Shown here: in pieces, positions 11,513-24,596 of the stretch
Layout: each line of letters begins with the position of its first letter
Position numbering within the stretch: the first letter of the stretch is position 1
Assembly: GCA_030390025.1 (NCBI GenBank)
Contig: CM059432.1
Span: 136,898,001-136,962,000 of the forward strand
DNA from: Squalus acanthias
Lineage: Eukaryota
DNA length: 64,000 bases
Reading direction: 5' to 3'
Made by a program: the position numbers and the translations under genes
Notes under the pieces: generated by a model
Databases searched by the model: none
What the model saw: only the letters and a program-made list of their open reading frames with translations
What the model was told of the DNA's origin: nothing

Positions 11513-14098
11513 ATATACTGTGTCATTATACACTTTAGGGTAAATATACAGTGTCATTATAAACTAAAGGGTAAATATACTGTGTCATTATAAACTATAG
11601 GGTAAATATACTGTGTCATTATACATTTTAGGGTTAATATACGGTGTTATTATACACTTTAGGGTAAATATACAGTGTCATTATAAACTATCGGGTAAAT
11701 ATACTCTGTCATTGTACACTATAGGGTAAATATACTGTGTCATTATACACTATAAGGTCAATATACCTTGTCATTGTGCACTATAGGGTAAATATTCTGT
11801 GTCATTATACACTATAGGGTAAATATACTGTGTCTTTGTACACTATAGCGTAAATATAGCGAGTCATTGTACACTATAGGGTAAATATACAGTGTCATTG
11901 TACACTATAGGGTAAATATACTGTCTCATTCTACACTATTGTTTAAATATACTGTGTTGTTGTACATTATAGCTTAAATATACTGTGTCATTATACACTA
12001 TAGTGTAAATATACTGTGTCATTACACACTATAGGGTAAATATATTGTGTCATTATACACTATAGGGTAAATATACCGTGTGGTTACACACTATAGGTTA
12101 AATATACCATGTCATTATACACTATAGGGTAAATATACCATGTCATTATACACTACAGGTTAAATATACCATGTCATTATACACTATAGGGTTAATATAC
12201 CATGTCATTATACACTATAGGGTAAATATACCGTGTGGTTACACACTATAGGGTAAATATGCCGTGTCATTATACACTATAGAGTAAATATACCATGTCA
12301 TTATACACTACAGGTTAAATATAACATGTCATAATACACTATAGGGTAAATATACCGTGTCATTATACACTACTGGTTAAATATACCGTGTCATTATACA
12401 CTATTGTGTAAATATACTAAGTCATTATACACTATAGGGTAAATATACCATGTCATTATACACTATAGGGTAAATATACCATGTCATTTTACACTATAGG
12501 GTAAATATACCATGTCATTTTACACTATAGGGTAAATATACCATGTCATTATACACTATAGGGTCAATATACAAGTCCTCGCCCACTACGAGTGAATATT
12601 GTAAAAGTGGCAGCAGCAGCCTGAATATTCGGATACTCACTCAAACTTGGTTTAACACCATATTTTATTTTAAGAAAATAAATCTGCTCGGGATTAGATA
12701 AGGAATATTAATTTTGAAATTAATTTGAAATGTCCAGATGATTTATTTGTGCATCGAGTAAAGAAAGTAGATGGTAATAAAACAAAAAGCAAATAAAAAG
12801 ACAGATATTGGTTATATATACTTACATAACAGCATATAACTCAAGTCTTCTACCAGTCAGGCATCAGCTGTGGCAGATGCGCATTACTAGTCAAATATTA
12901 TATTTCCTTTGTTATTTTCCATATTCCCCCTTGATCTGTAAGATATAGTTATTTTTGTAAAATTAATAGCTCCAGATGTTTAGCCGATGCAGTGTAAATA
13001 GCTCAGCCATGCAGCTTTTGCATAGGGATTCAGACTCGCATATAAATGCTGTATAAATTCTAAACGCAGACAATTATGAGCAGTTGTCTCTTGTGTTGAT
13101 CTACACGTCATATCATTTGTAGGAAAACCTTCACATTATAAATGTTAGCCAAAAGGTAGCGATTGTTGTCACAGGTATAACTGTGACCGTATTTTTTTCT
13201 ATGCACAGTGGGACACTACTCACGGAACCAACACAGACTTACAATTAGAGTCGGTTATACTATGCAATTGAAAGTCTTGTGTGTAGTACACGTCACACTG
13301 TTGCACTTTAAATATGTTCATTGCATGAAAAATCTGACATGCTTTTCTGATTGCCTCAAATTCCCCAGAACCAATAATTAAAAAACAAAACACTTTTTCC
13401 ACTTTCTTTGAACAAATTACACAGAATTTCTTCCATTTATTTCCCCGTGGCATGTTGCTTCCTTACCCACACTATGATATGCTCATACAATCAAAATTGA
13501 GACCAATAATGTCTACAACAGTTTCCAAGACTTTTCCACATTCTACACATGCACGGGACTTCTGCCTCTTAGCGGCCCTTGCCACTTTGCGGCCTCGATG
13601 CACGTCAAATATCTCTGTCCTCTCACTACTACTTTCCACGTGTGCAAACTCTAGGACTATGAACAATTCTCCTCTTGGGTGTAACACGGACAGCAGTTTG
13701 GTGGTTCAGCTGAAATGACTTTTCAGCCGTTCTTGGATAAGATTGAAGCAGCTGCTCGTTTTCTGGGTTGTGCAGCACTATTTCTAAGTCACTCCTTTTA
13801 GTTGCTAGTTCTTAGACGAACAACATCATACTAGTACCAAAAATTCAACTCGACCAGAAATTCTAGCAATATTTTAGATTTGATAATTACTGACGCTCTT
13901 GAACATTCGAGTGACAAAAGTACAAATCTGCTCTTGGACTGCAGGTTAGTAAATGATTGGGTGCATCTATAAACTTTATTTGAAATTCCATTGATACAGT
14001 CTTTGGAATTACACAACTTTATTTTGTAAGTCCGGTCTGAAATGTGTGAATGCTGTACCATCATATTGTGATGTGTAATTACTGAATTTTGAATGAGA

Positions 14099-14435
14099 TC
14101 CCTATCTGTGTAACCTCCTCCAGCCCAACAACCATCCAAGATATCTGCGATTCCCCAATTCGTGCCCATCCCCGATTTTCATCGCTCCACCATTGGCGGC
14201 TGTGCCTTCAGCTGCCCAGGCCCCAAGCTCTGGAATTCCCTCCCTAAGCCTCTCCCCCTCTCCCCCTCTCTATCCTGCTTTGAGATCCTTCTTAAAACCT
14301 ACCTCTTTGATCAAGCTTTTGGTCACCTGTCCTAATATCTCACGTGTCTCGGTTTGTTCGATAATCGCTCCTATGAAGCACCTTGAACGTTTTACTACAT
14401 TAAAGGCGCTATACAAATGCAGGTTGTTGCTGTTG
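14099..14435 (+). mobile_element. L2 LINE 3' fragment
   Basis: Matches the 3' part of 16689-17482 and 49207-49770 and ends in (GTT)n. Confidence 0.85.
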
Positions 14436-15679
14436 AGGTTGTCATTAATGTTTTACTTGGTGACCAGTATATGAATAGTGACAACAATGTACGTGACACA
14501 CTGGACAATTTTTAATTTTCCCCCAATTCAAAAGCGTATAAAATTCATCTTTAATCTGCTAATTGTTGTGTCTGCATTTACATGATGTCACATTTATGTT
14601 GTTGAATATTCATTAGATTCTGTTTGACTACTGGATAATTATTTGCCGTTCATATGATAGGTCACAATGAAGGCAGTAATTATATATTCCATACTCTCCT
14701 ATTCTACTCATCGTCAGAAGGCTTTGATAAAATCTCTTCCTACGTCAGGGGGGTATGCTTGCTGAGAAAAGGCAAAAAAAATATCAGATAGGGAAACATG
14801 AAGAGGCCAGTCTGCAGCTCAAAGTAATAGACTGTTGCCGAGGCTGCAGTGTACAACTGAGCAGGTTTTTGCCTTAGCATAACGAGAGTTGAGGAAAACA
14901 CGAGAAGACTGAGGTGATTGAAGCGTTTGGCCGAGTCTCCTGTCGCAGCGTGGAGCCCACTCATTCAGGCACCATTGGTATCTGTAGACGGTACACAGTA
15001 GACCATTTTTACATTGATGCCAGGTCTGAAAAATATTGTTTTTTTTTCCTGCTGACAGTTAGGAATGTCGAGTTTGCTGTTACAGTGTTAGTTTCTGTGC
15101 TGCTTGATGAGAGTGCTGACAGGAATTTTCAATTTGTTCTGAAAAAGTGCCAAAGGCTTCCAGGAATGAATGACTAGCAGCTAACCAATCCGAACCTTGC
15201 ATTGTACACAACCATCCACTGATATGGTTACAGTGCAGGGCAAGCTTGCACAAATGGCTCAATAAGGCTCCAATTCGAATCCCAGTAGGTTTACTTTTTG
15301 AACCTCAAAAGTTTCAGAGTGTCCTGCACATAAACTTTGATCAGCTTAATTTAAAGCTTTCCATTTACTCACACATTCCGGTTATTTTACAGCACCTAGA
15401 GCACTGGGAGTTGCTATAAATTGTTCCTAAAATTATATTTCCACTGCTGGGCTCAACACTGAACACAAAACTGTTATACAATCTAGTGAAACTTAAGACT
15501 ATCTCAACTTGGAACTTCCCTACACTGCTGCAACAATGTGCTTTGAACCCAAACATCACAAGATCACCCCTACTTTTCCAGCATGTCATTTCTGCTACCC
15601 ATTGCTGTGATCCTCAGAAACCAATCGAGAGGATAATTTCAGTCTGATACAACTTTGCAATGCCACTCCAGGATGCATA

Positions 15680-17482
15680 CCTCCTTTATTATTTCTCATC
15701 TATTTCCCATCTATATGCTGCCCCTTGACGACATCATCCGAAAACATGGCGTCAGTTTCCACATGTACGCTGACGACACCCAATTCTGCCTCACCACCAC
15801 TTCTCTCGACCCTTCCACGGTCTCTAAATTTTCAGGCTGCTTGTCCGACATCCAGTACTAGATGAGCAGAAATTTTCTCAAATTAAATATTGGGAAGACC
15901 GAAGCCATTGGGCTGGATTTTGTCTTGGGGTCGGGTTGGGGTCGTGTCATCCGCGTTTCGTGTTATCCACCCGCCTGTAATTGGATGTGGGAGATTGATG
16001 CAATTTTTACTTAATTGGGCAATTGAGTTCCAGCATGTGGGAACCCATGAACCAATTAGTGGTTTCAGTCTGAAAGTTGCCTCTGATGATGTCATCATTG
16101 TAGGTCAGAGACTGCCTGGTCTGGTCTCAGAGATTGCCTGGCCTTTGCTGTGAGAGGACCTGGATGCAAAATGCAGCATCTCAGGAGAGAGAGAGAGAGA
16201 GACACAGAGAATTTTTTTCCATCCAGGTCCTCCAAAGCCCCGGCAGTCTCTGAAGACATTCAATGCAGCAGCATCAGAGGCGACTTTCAGACCTAATACT
16301 ACTACTACCTTCATCACAATACTACTACTATCTTCATCACATCTCCGTTGTAATAGTGGACCTGCAGCTGATAGTCAGCTATCCACTTGTGCTCCCGCCA
16401 GGTTTCACTGGCGTGTTTCACATCAGGCGTGCTTAATGTCAGAAAAGGGTTAAACTAGCTAAAACGTTTCAAAATGGCATTACAGAGCCAATTTAGGGCT
16501 TGTTAAGGGCTTTAATGGCCTCTCCCGCCTCTTGGAGGCGGGACGGAGTCGGGAACACCGCACACGATTTTATCAAAATTGCGTGGAGGTGGGTTGGAGG
16601 CGGGATGGAGTCGGGACCCCCGAATCTGCAACTTTAACCCCCCACACGCCTCCAAACCTGACTCCACGGGTCATTGAAAATCCAGCCCAATGTCTTCGCT
16701 CCCCGCCACAAACTCTGTTCCCTAGCCACTGACTCCATCCTTCTACCTAGCATCTGTCTGAGGCTGAACCAGACAGTTTGCAACCTTGGTGTCATATTTG
16801 ACCCTGAAATGAGCTTCCGACCACACATCCGCAGCATAACTAAGACCGCCTATTTCCACCTCTGTAACTTTGCCCGTCTCCACCCCTGCCTCAGCTCATC
16901 TGCTGCTGAAACCCTCATCCATGCCTTTGTTACCTCTAGACTTGACTATTCCAATGCACTCCTGGCTGGCCTCCCACATTCTACCCTACGTAAACTTCAG
17001 GTCATCCAAAACTCTGCTGCCTGTGTCCTAACTCGCACCAAGTCCCGTTCACCCATCACCCCTTTGGTCGCTGACCTCCATTGGCTCCCGGTTAAGCAAC
17101 GCCTCGATTTCAAAATTCTCATCCTTGTTTTCAAATCCCCCCATTGCCTCGCCCATCCCTATCTCTGTAATCTCCTTCAGCCTTACAACCCCCCGAGATA
17201 TTTGCGCTCCTCAAATTCTGCCCTCTTGAGCATCCCTGATTATAATTGCTCAACCATCGGTGGCCGTGCCTTCAGCTGCCTAGGCCCTAAGCTCTGGAAC
17301 TCCCTCCCTAAACCTCTCCGCCTCTCTACCTCCCTTTCCTCCTTTAAGACACTCCTTAAAACCTACCTCTTTGACCAAGCTTTTGGTCATCTGACCTAAT
17401 TTCTTCTTATGTGGCTCGGTGTCAAATTTTTGTCTTATAACACTCTGTGAAGCGCCTTGGGACACGTTGTTGTTGTTGTTGT
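15680..17482 (+). mobile_element. 5'-truncated L2 LINE interrupted by a MITE at 15910-16688
   Basis: YMLPL..IIRKHGVSFHMYADDTQ, then LIHAFVTSRLDYSNALL, LHWLPVKQRLDFK, GGRAFS..GPKLWNSLP and a (GTT)n tail. Confidence 0.92.
15910..16688. mobile_element. Harbinger-type MITE (779 bp)
   Basis: TIR GGGCTGGATTTT / AAAATCCAGCCC, 3-bp flanks att/aat. The L2 sequence is contiguous across it. Confidence 0.88.
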
Positions 17483-18504
17483 TTATTAGACCGACACGCG
17501 CATTTTCTTTCCCATTTTTAAAAATAATCTCCTGTTTCTTTGAGGCTGCCGAATGCAAGTATTACCCCTCAGCTCGGTCAGAAGGCTAGACGGACAAGGA
17601 TTTAGATCGAGACTACCAAATTACGGCCATCTTTGTGTTGTGGACTCATGCCTACTTATTTCTTATCACCCAAACCCATTTCACATAGGGTCCTTCGAGA
17701 CAGTCAGATGGGATGACAGTGTCCTCTCATCTAGGCTTAATTCAACTTTAATGGTCAATGCCTGAATGCATCACCCAAATTCTTCTGTGCATGTGATGCT
17801 TAAGTGTTTGTTCCTTGGGACTGGAAGCCCCTGTCCAACCTATATAAAGTCAAGGTATAGAGAAGTGGACTAGCTGGAAAGGGTTTGAGGTTAAAGTCAT
17901 GTAGATCTGATCTGGCAGTTATACGGTGAAGTCATTTTTAGAGTCTTTCGTATAGATTTAATTTTTCTTTTGCAAGCTGATGAATCAAACACAGAGGTTA
18001 TACATATCAGCGAAGGAAGAAAAGGACAAATAGCAGGTTAGTCACCTTGGCATTGTCACATTAGACTTCCTATTGCCCAATTATTAGATAGAAGAATGGA
18101 ATTAGGTCACTAATTACTCTTTAAGCTGCAGGATAACTGAGAATAGGGTATTCAATTAAATAGTGGGGTAAAGACATTTTTTTAAACTGATAAGGAGGAA
18201 AACTTCCTTAAGTAAAATTATAAAGTGTTGCCAGACACAGAGTTAAACCTACTTCCTTTTTAGCAATGGGCAAGAGATCGACCATCCCAACCAACTTGCA
18301 CTTGCTTTAACATAAAAGCAGTTGACAAATGAATTAAAAAAGCTTTGCTAACCTTTTGACGCAGCATCACAATTTATTTCAAAATTACAAAGGTAAGGGA
18401 GGTCATGTGGTTGATCTGGTTTATCCTACTAGAACCTATATTCCCACCATGCCATGGCCCCTTGAATAATTCTAGAGTTTTGGCCTCTACTAATCATCCC
18501 AGAA

Positions 18505-21015
18505 AATTATTCTGGACATTACTCCATGTGACAAACTGCTTCTTAACATCTATCCTTTAACTAGTTTGTACCCATGTCCTGCAGTCAGAGTTTAGTGAAG
18601 TAATACTGCAGCTTAGCTTTTTTCCATTTCACTTAACAATCTCATATATAATTCTATAAGGTTCCCCTTTTATTTGCCTCCTTTCAAGGCTGAATAATCT
18701 GTTTTTCTAGCCTTTCTTCGTAACCTAGTTCTCTTGATGCAAGTCTCATGGCCCTTCCTTGCACCGCTTCCAGGATTTGGATGTCTCCCTGCTGCTATGG
18801 AGACCAGAACCGAATAGTTCATAAGCTGCAGTCAGACTAGAGCACTATACAACCTGACAGCCTCAGACTTGTATTCGGAACTTATCTTGAGTACTGTGTC
18901 CAGTGCTGGTCACAAAGGCAACACTCAAGCGCTGGATTCAATTCAGAAAAGAGCCACAAAGCTGGACTCTAGCGTCAGAACAGCCTGCAAAAACGTAAGC
19001 CTAGATTTTCCTCATCTTGCTGCCAGCTTTTGGATGGTATTTGTGCAGCTGGGAGTGGAAAGTGGCATAAGTCCTGCTCTGCCAGGAATCCTGCAAACAT
19101 AGCATGCCAATGTATTTTTATTACACTCGTGGTGGTAGAAGCACCTGCCTCAAACAAGCAGGCATTTCATGTAAATGGGCATTTGAGGGCATGTTTATCC
19201 TGTTATTCCTGTCATCCTGGTATGCAGGACATCAAACATAAATAATGTCCTTTTGAAATGAGTGTCCATGGTTTCTGGGCAGTGCTGAGTATATTGGATG
19301 TTGTGGAAAGGAGACAGCAATATAAAGGCTATTTTACCCATTTCTTACACAATTTGCTTAGCTTAGTTTTTTTTTGCTACTGGTGCCTAGGTTCTCAGTA
19401 GCCTCTTTTGTTAATTACTCTGCATTATTTCTTTTTGACACCCCCCACCCCCAGTTCCGTTACTGGCATCAGTATGTTTCCCTATCTGATTTGGAAGAAG
19501 AGGAGCATGTACAAATGCAGGCCAGCCATGTCAAGCTAAACAAGTCTCATCTGCTGGGACCTGCACACTTGCATCTGCAGACAGAGGTGAACATCCCTCA
19601 CTTTGGCAAATGATTAGTTCATGCGACGGCTCCGGCTCCTAAAGACACTGGAAGAGCAGACATGGCTACCATAATGTTGGAGGTAATTTTGGAAGCATTC
19701 CAATCACAGTAAGCCCTGTTTTCAGTGAAAAAAGACATGCCAAAATGATCAAGAGCCAACGTAGCCTGCTTGGCCCCACCCACTAAGATGCCACCAACCA
19801 CTTCTGACTGACCTTCTTGGCAATGAACCTGGGAAGTGTGTTCTCGGAGAGTCAGATGCAGAGCGATATCACCTGCTTCACGAACATCGGTAGTTACCAC
19901 CCAGCAGAGGGCTGGCACCAGCAATGACCATTAACAGTCATATTGACTTCAAACTTGCTTCCTCCTCCTTGCAGGAGTGCTGCAATTCTGGCCGATGGTG
20001 ATGGTGTCACGGTGCGGAGCATGCTCACAATCACTTCCCGCAGCAACTCCTTCACTTCAGTAGCTGTTGAAGAGCAGGTTTGCTATCGGGCTGTTTTCAC
20101 CTCTTGCCTGCAGACTCGTACCTACATCTTGAAGTTCCATTCCCTTTCATTTTGGCCCGTCTCTCCCTATGGCGAATGAACACTCGACGGGTTTAGCGTT
20201 ATTGCGAAACTGAGAACGCTTTGCACAAACGCACTATCTGGAGTGTAAATCAGGTGTGAGGGTCTCGACTGACTCTGAAGTGAAGCAGAGTGAGGGTCAG
20301 CCCTTTGCTTCTCGCCATCGCTACAGTTAAAGTGTAATTGCGGCCTCAATCCTCCACATCGTTAGCCTTGAAAAAGGCCGATAATGGATCGAGCCACCCG
20401 TTGCGCCTTTCCAAAGCTTTTCAGAATTTTTGTCAACTTGTTGAGGTCATTCTCTTTAATTGTCCCCGTTTCATTTCCAGGCAATTTTCCACTCACACCA
20501 CATGGTGTCGAGACCTGGTCAAATTCTGCATCTGAAGTTCCTCGAGTGAGCTGACCCAGAAAAATTGGATGCAAACAGCGCACTGCCATTTGAGTCCGTC
20601 ACCAACCCAGCAGTAACCATGGGGTCTACATTGTACAAATAGTGGAAATTCTAGGCTTTAGATATTTCATTCTGAAAAAAGGAGAAGACTGAGAGGTGAT
20701 GTTTGCGGTCTACCTTATCATAAATTGTATGGAAAAAGTAAGTCCAGAACAACACTTCAAACTACTTTGCAAAAATAGGACAAGGGGACACTGGTTAAAA
20801 CCAGCGAAAGGCAAACTTAGGACTAATGTCAGGAAATTCTTCATGTAAAGAGTGCTTAATGAATCGAATGGTGAGAGCAGTGGAGGCAAAAACTCTGAAA
20901 TCATTTAAGAAAATATTAGATGCTCCAGTGGGTCCTTCTGAATGTATGAACTCGGATGGATAAACTAAAAAGGGATAAATGGCCTTCCTCATCAGTAATT
21001 ATCTTACGATCTTGT
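18505..21015. mobile_element. Old degraded CR1 fragments: minus ~18505-18860; plus ~18875-18997 continuing ~20660-21015
   Basis: Remnants such as gagtactgtgtccag, agaagactgagaggtgat and ggacaaggggacac...aaattcttc. Confidence 0.6.
18998..20657. mobile_element. Old TIR element, probably Harbinger, with possible decayed transposase, splitting an old CR1
   Basis: TIR AGCCTAGATTTTCC / GGAAATTCTAGGCT (13/14). CR1 resumes on the other side. Faint HARBI1-like words on plus (KLASSSLQ; VIAASILHIVSLEKG). Confidence 0.5.
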
Positions 21016-21220
21016 GGCACAGGAATTGTAGAGTCTGCTGTTACACGCAGTTCTCTTTTAGCCTCTCTCCCAACCAATGCAAAGGGAAGATTGGCCGGGG
21101 TATATAAATAGGTGACTGATCTGCTACTGCTCGTTTTTCATTGGCAGTGAAAGTTAAAATCTACCCCCCCGCCACCCCCGCCACCCGCCGCACCGCTCCC
21201 CCACCCCTCTGTATCAGCAC

Positions 21221-21466
21221 TTGGCAAAAGAACTAGAGGGGACATGAGGAGAAATTCAATTCACACAGAGGGTGGTTAAGATCTGGAACGCACTACCTGA
21301 ACGGGAGGTGGAATCAGATTCCATAGGAACTTTCAAAAGGCAATTGGACATGAATTTGAAGAGAACTAATTTGCAGGGTTATGGGGAAAAAACCTGGGGA
21401 ATGCGACTAAGTTGGACAGCTCCTTCAAAGAGCCGACACAGACATGACATCTGAATGGCCTCCTTC
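21221..21466 (+). mobile_element. CR1 3' fragment whose tail continues at 22634-22653
   Basis: VVKIWNALPEREVE motif. The 3' stem (gaatggcctccttc) is completed by tgtactgtaagattctatga after the inserted LINE. Confidence 0.8.
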
Positions 21467-22633
21467 TTTTTTTATTCGTTTTTTATGGGATGTGGGCGTC
21501 GCTGGCAAGGCCAGCATTTATTGCCCATCCCTAGTTGCCTTTGAGAAGGTGGTGGTGAGCCGCCTTCTTGAACTGCTGCAGTCCGTGTGGTGAAGGTACT
21601 CCCACAGTGCTGTTAGGGAGGGTGTTCCAGGATTTTGACCCAGCGACGATGAAGGATAGGTGATATATTTCTAAGTCAGGATGGTGTGTGACTTGGAGGA
21701 GAACTTGGATGTGATGGTGTTCCCATACGCCTGCTGCCCTTGTCCTTCTAGGTGGAAGAGGTCGCCGGTTTGGGAGGTGCTGCCGAAGAAGCCTTGGCGA
21801 GTTGCTGCAGTGCATCTTGTAGCTGGTACACACTGCAGCCACGGTACGCCGGTGGTGGAGGGAGTGAATGTTTAAGGTGGCAGTTGGGGTGCCAATCAAA
21901 TGGGCTGCTTTGTCCTGAATGGTGTCGAGCTTCTTGAGTGTTGTTGGAGCTGCACTTATCCAGGCAAGTGGAGAGTATTCCATCACACTCCTTACTTGTG
22001 CCTTGTAGATGGTGGAAAGGCTTTGGGGAGTCAGGAGGTGAGACACTCGCCGCAGAATACCCAGCCTCTGACCTGCTCTTGTTGCCACAGTATTTATGTG
22101 GCTGGTCCAGTTAAGTTTCTGGTCAATGGTGACCCCCAGGATGTTGATGGTGGGGGATTCGGCGATGGTAATGCCTTTGAATGTCGAGGGGAGGTGGCTA
22201 GGCTCTTGCTTGTTGGAGATAGTCATTGCCTGGCACGTCTATGGCGCGAATGTTACCTGCCGCTTATCAGTCCAAGCCTGAACGTCGTCCAGGTCTTGTT
22301 GCATGCGGGCATGGACTGCTTCATTATCTGAGGAGTTGTGAATGGCGCTGAACACTGTGCCGTCATCAGCGAACATCCCCATTTCTGACCTTATGTTGGA
22401 AGGAAGGTCATTGATGAAGCAGCTGAAGATGGTTGGGCCTAGGACACTGCCCTGAGGAACTCCTGCCGCGATGTCCTGGGGCTGTGATGATTGACCTTCA
22501 ACCACCACAATCATCTTCCTTTGTGCTAGGTATGACTCCAGCCAGTGGAGCGTTTTCCCCCTGATTCCCATTGACTTCAGTTTTACTAGAGCTCCTTGAT
22601 GCCACACTCGGTCAAATGCTGCCTTGATGTCAC
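21467..22633 (-). mobile_element. 5'-truncated CR1-group LINE of a second family (Zenon-like C-terminus, poly-A tail)
   Basis: GVPQGSVLGP, FINDLP, MFADD, LGVTIDQKLNW..HI, IYKAQVRSVMEYSPLAW. Same family as 30008-30810. Confidence 0.88.
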
Positions 22634-23420
22634 TGTACTGTAAGATTCTATGATACTATGCTCAAATCTTGTGTTTGTGGAGCTATTGCAGTGTAGTCAG
22701 CAGTGCTCTGATTCTGCCCTGCAGTACCAATGGCAGAGCTTAGGAGCACCCTACTCTATTAGAAGCAATTCTGCAATATAAATGGGACACGAGACTTTTT
22801 GGTAATAATAGTAATACTAGTCTTTGAGTTCATTGTACTGTATTTTAAATGCATTCTGTGAAAGATAATGGCAGTAATGTTGATAAAATCTGCTTCAGTT
22901 ATTGTGCTATTACATTATTTGAAGTCCTCAGGGTCTGCAGTAAATCATGAATGTTTTTGCAATAATGTGCTTAAATGAAGTAACAAGGACTGAGAATCAC
23001 TAAGGGTTTAGATAGTGCAACAGATCCTGATTGGAGAAATTCGTAAATTATGGAGCTAGCTATAATGTTAATACTAAATTATGCTATGCTCAGAAATTGT
23101 ACAGATTGAACACAACCCTATAATAGTTGAATGGAAATCATTTCACAAGGTCCACCTTTACCTTCTTTAACCAAAGCAGGTGTCAGGAGATTCTTACCTG
23201 CGTGAGAGTTAGGTCATTACAGTCTTAGGAGACACCTACAATATCAAAAAGCTGTTTCATGTAAATATTCAAAACAGTCGTTAAGAATTCTACTTAAATC
23301 AGAACAGAAAAATGGTCAACACTGCCATTAACTTTCATTTAGGCTGGTACTGCAGGAATGGTCCTTTATTATCAAAAGTCTGAGAAACCCCCAAAATGGG
23401 AAGAGTTATATTACCTCCTA

Positions 23421-23610
23421 AAGAAAGAAAGAACTTGCAATTATATCGCACCTTTCACGACCTCAGGATGTCCCAAAGCGCTTTACAGCCAATGAAGTAC
23501 TTTTTGAAGTGTAGTCACTGTTGTAATGTAGGAAACACAGTGGCCAATTTGCGCACAGCAAGTTCAAACAACCAGCAATGTGATGATAATCTGTTCTGGT
23601 GATGTTTTAG
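23421..23610 (-). mobile_element. DeuSINE-like (SacSINE1-like) 3' fragment
   Basis: Matches the 3' part of 26596-26848. Confidence 0.75.
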
Positions 23611-23809
23611 TAAGGTCCTTACTTGGCTTTTAGCGCAGCCAGAAAGTAATATTTGTTAACTAGAATAATAGTTTCTCATTTTGTTTGTTATTGGAATTTG
23701 TCCATGAGTATTGACGAACTAAAGTTAGATTCTGATTTGGACTTTATATTCTCCACAAGGGTGACAGTGATAGCTTTAGCAAAAAACTTTGATATGGCTA
23801 AGATACTAA

Positions 23810-24596
23810 CCCCCCAATTTTAACATAATCTGACCGGGGAGCATAGGGGCAGGTTCAGGTTAGACGCCTGATTTACACCTCATCTGATCTTAAGTTTCAT
23901 TTCAGCCAAGTTTATGTCATCATCAGTGGAAAAAAAAACCAGAAGAGGGCTGAAAAGGTAAGTATTTTTTTAATAGGCTTCGCTGTGGGCCAGGAGGATC
24001 ACGAGTGCTCCTCCTGCCCCCACAAAGAAACCATGAGCTGATTTCCATCGCTCCACCATTGGCAGCCGTGCCTTCAGCTGCCTAGGCCCCTAAGCTCTAG
24101 AATTCCCTCCCTAAACATCTCCGCCTCTCTCTCCTGCTTGAAGATGCTCCTCAAAACCTACCACTTTGACCAAGCTTTTGGTCACCTTTCCTAATATCTC
24201 CTTATGTGGCTCGGTGCCAAATTTTGTTCGATAACTCTCCTGTGAAGTGCCTTGGGACGTTTTACTACATTGAAGGCGCTATATAAACGCAAGTTGTTTT
24301 GCTGTTGTTGTAGGACCGGGGATTCCCTCTCTTGACCACAATCACCTACACTCCCCCCTCCCCCACCGCCCCACCACCACTTATCCGACCACTGTTCCCA
24401 CGGGTCCCTGGCTTGGCTTCTTGCCATGCTCGCCCGACTGCCGCCTGCTGGCCTGAGGTCATTGATGCCAGGTTCAGGCGGGGGGTTGGGCCTGGTATAT
24501 TTAAATGAGGCCTGGGTGTTTCCTGGCCCAGGCCTCAAGTTGGCAAGCTGAGGCAAGCCTGCCGCTTGCCCAATGCCCCAGTTAAAAACCGGGGCC
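23810..24596. mobile_element. Degenerate Harbinger-type MITE containing an L2 3' fragment (24040-24310, plus)
   Basis: Imperfect TIR CCCCCAATTTTAAC / GTTAAAAACCGGGGCC with taa flanks. The L2 tail ends in (GTT)n. Confidence 0.55.

Larger units (their letters stand above)
806..12576. repeat. 31-bp tandem satellite (consensus TGTGTCATTATACACTATAGGGTAAATATAC) in four blocks: ~806-1021, 6114-6273, 8213-11208, 11513-12576
   Basis: Direct 31-bp periodicity (units start at 833, 864, ...). Blocks are separated by Gypsy, CR1 and SINE insertions. Confidence 0.97.

Noticed and set aside
806..12576. 31-bp repeat as a CRISPR array
   Set aside because: Units are head-to-tail with no unique spacers, there are no cas genes, and the context is vertebrate.
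806..12576. CACTATAGGG resembles T7/SP6 promoter ends
   Set aside because: Only the last 9-10 bases match, the upstream specificity region is absent and the units are naturally diverged.
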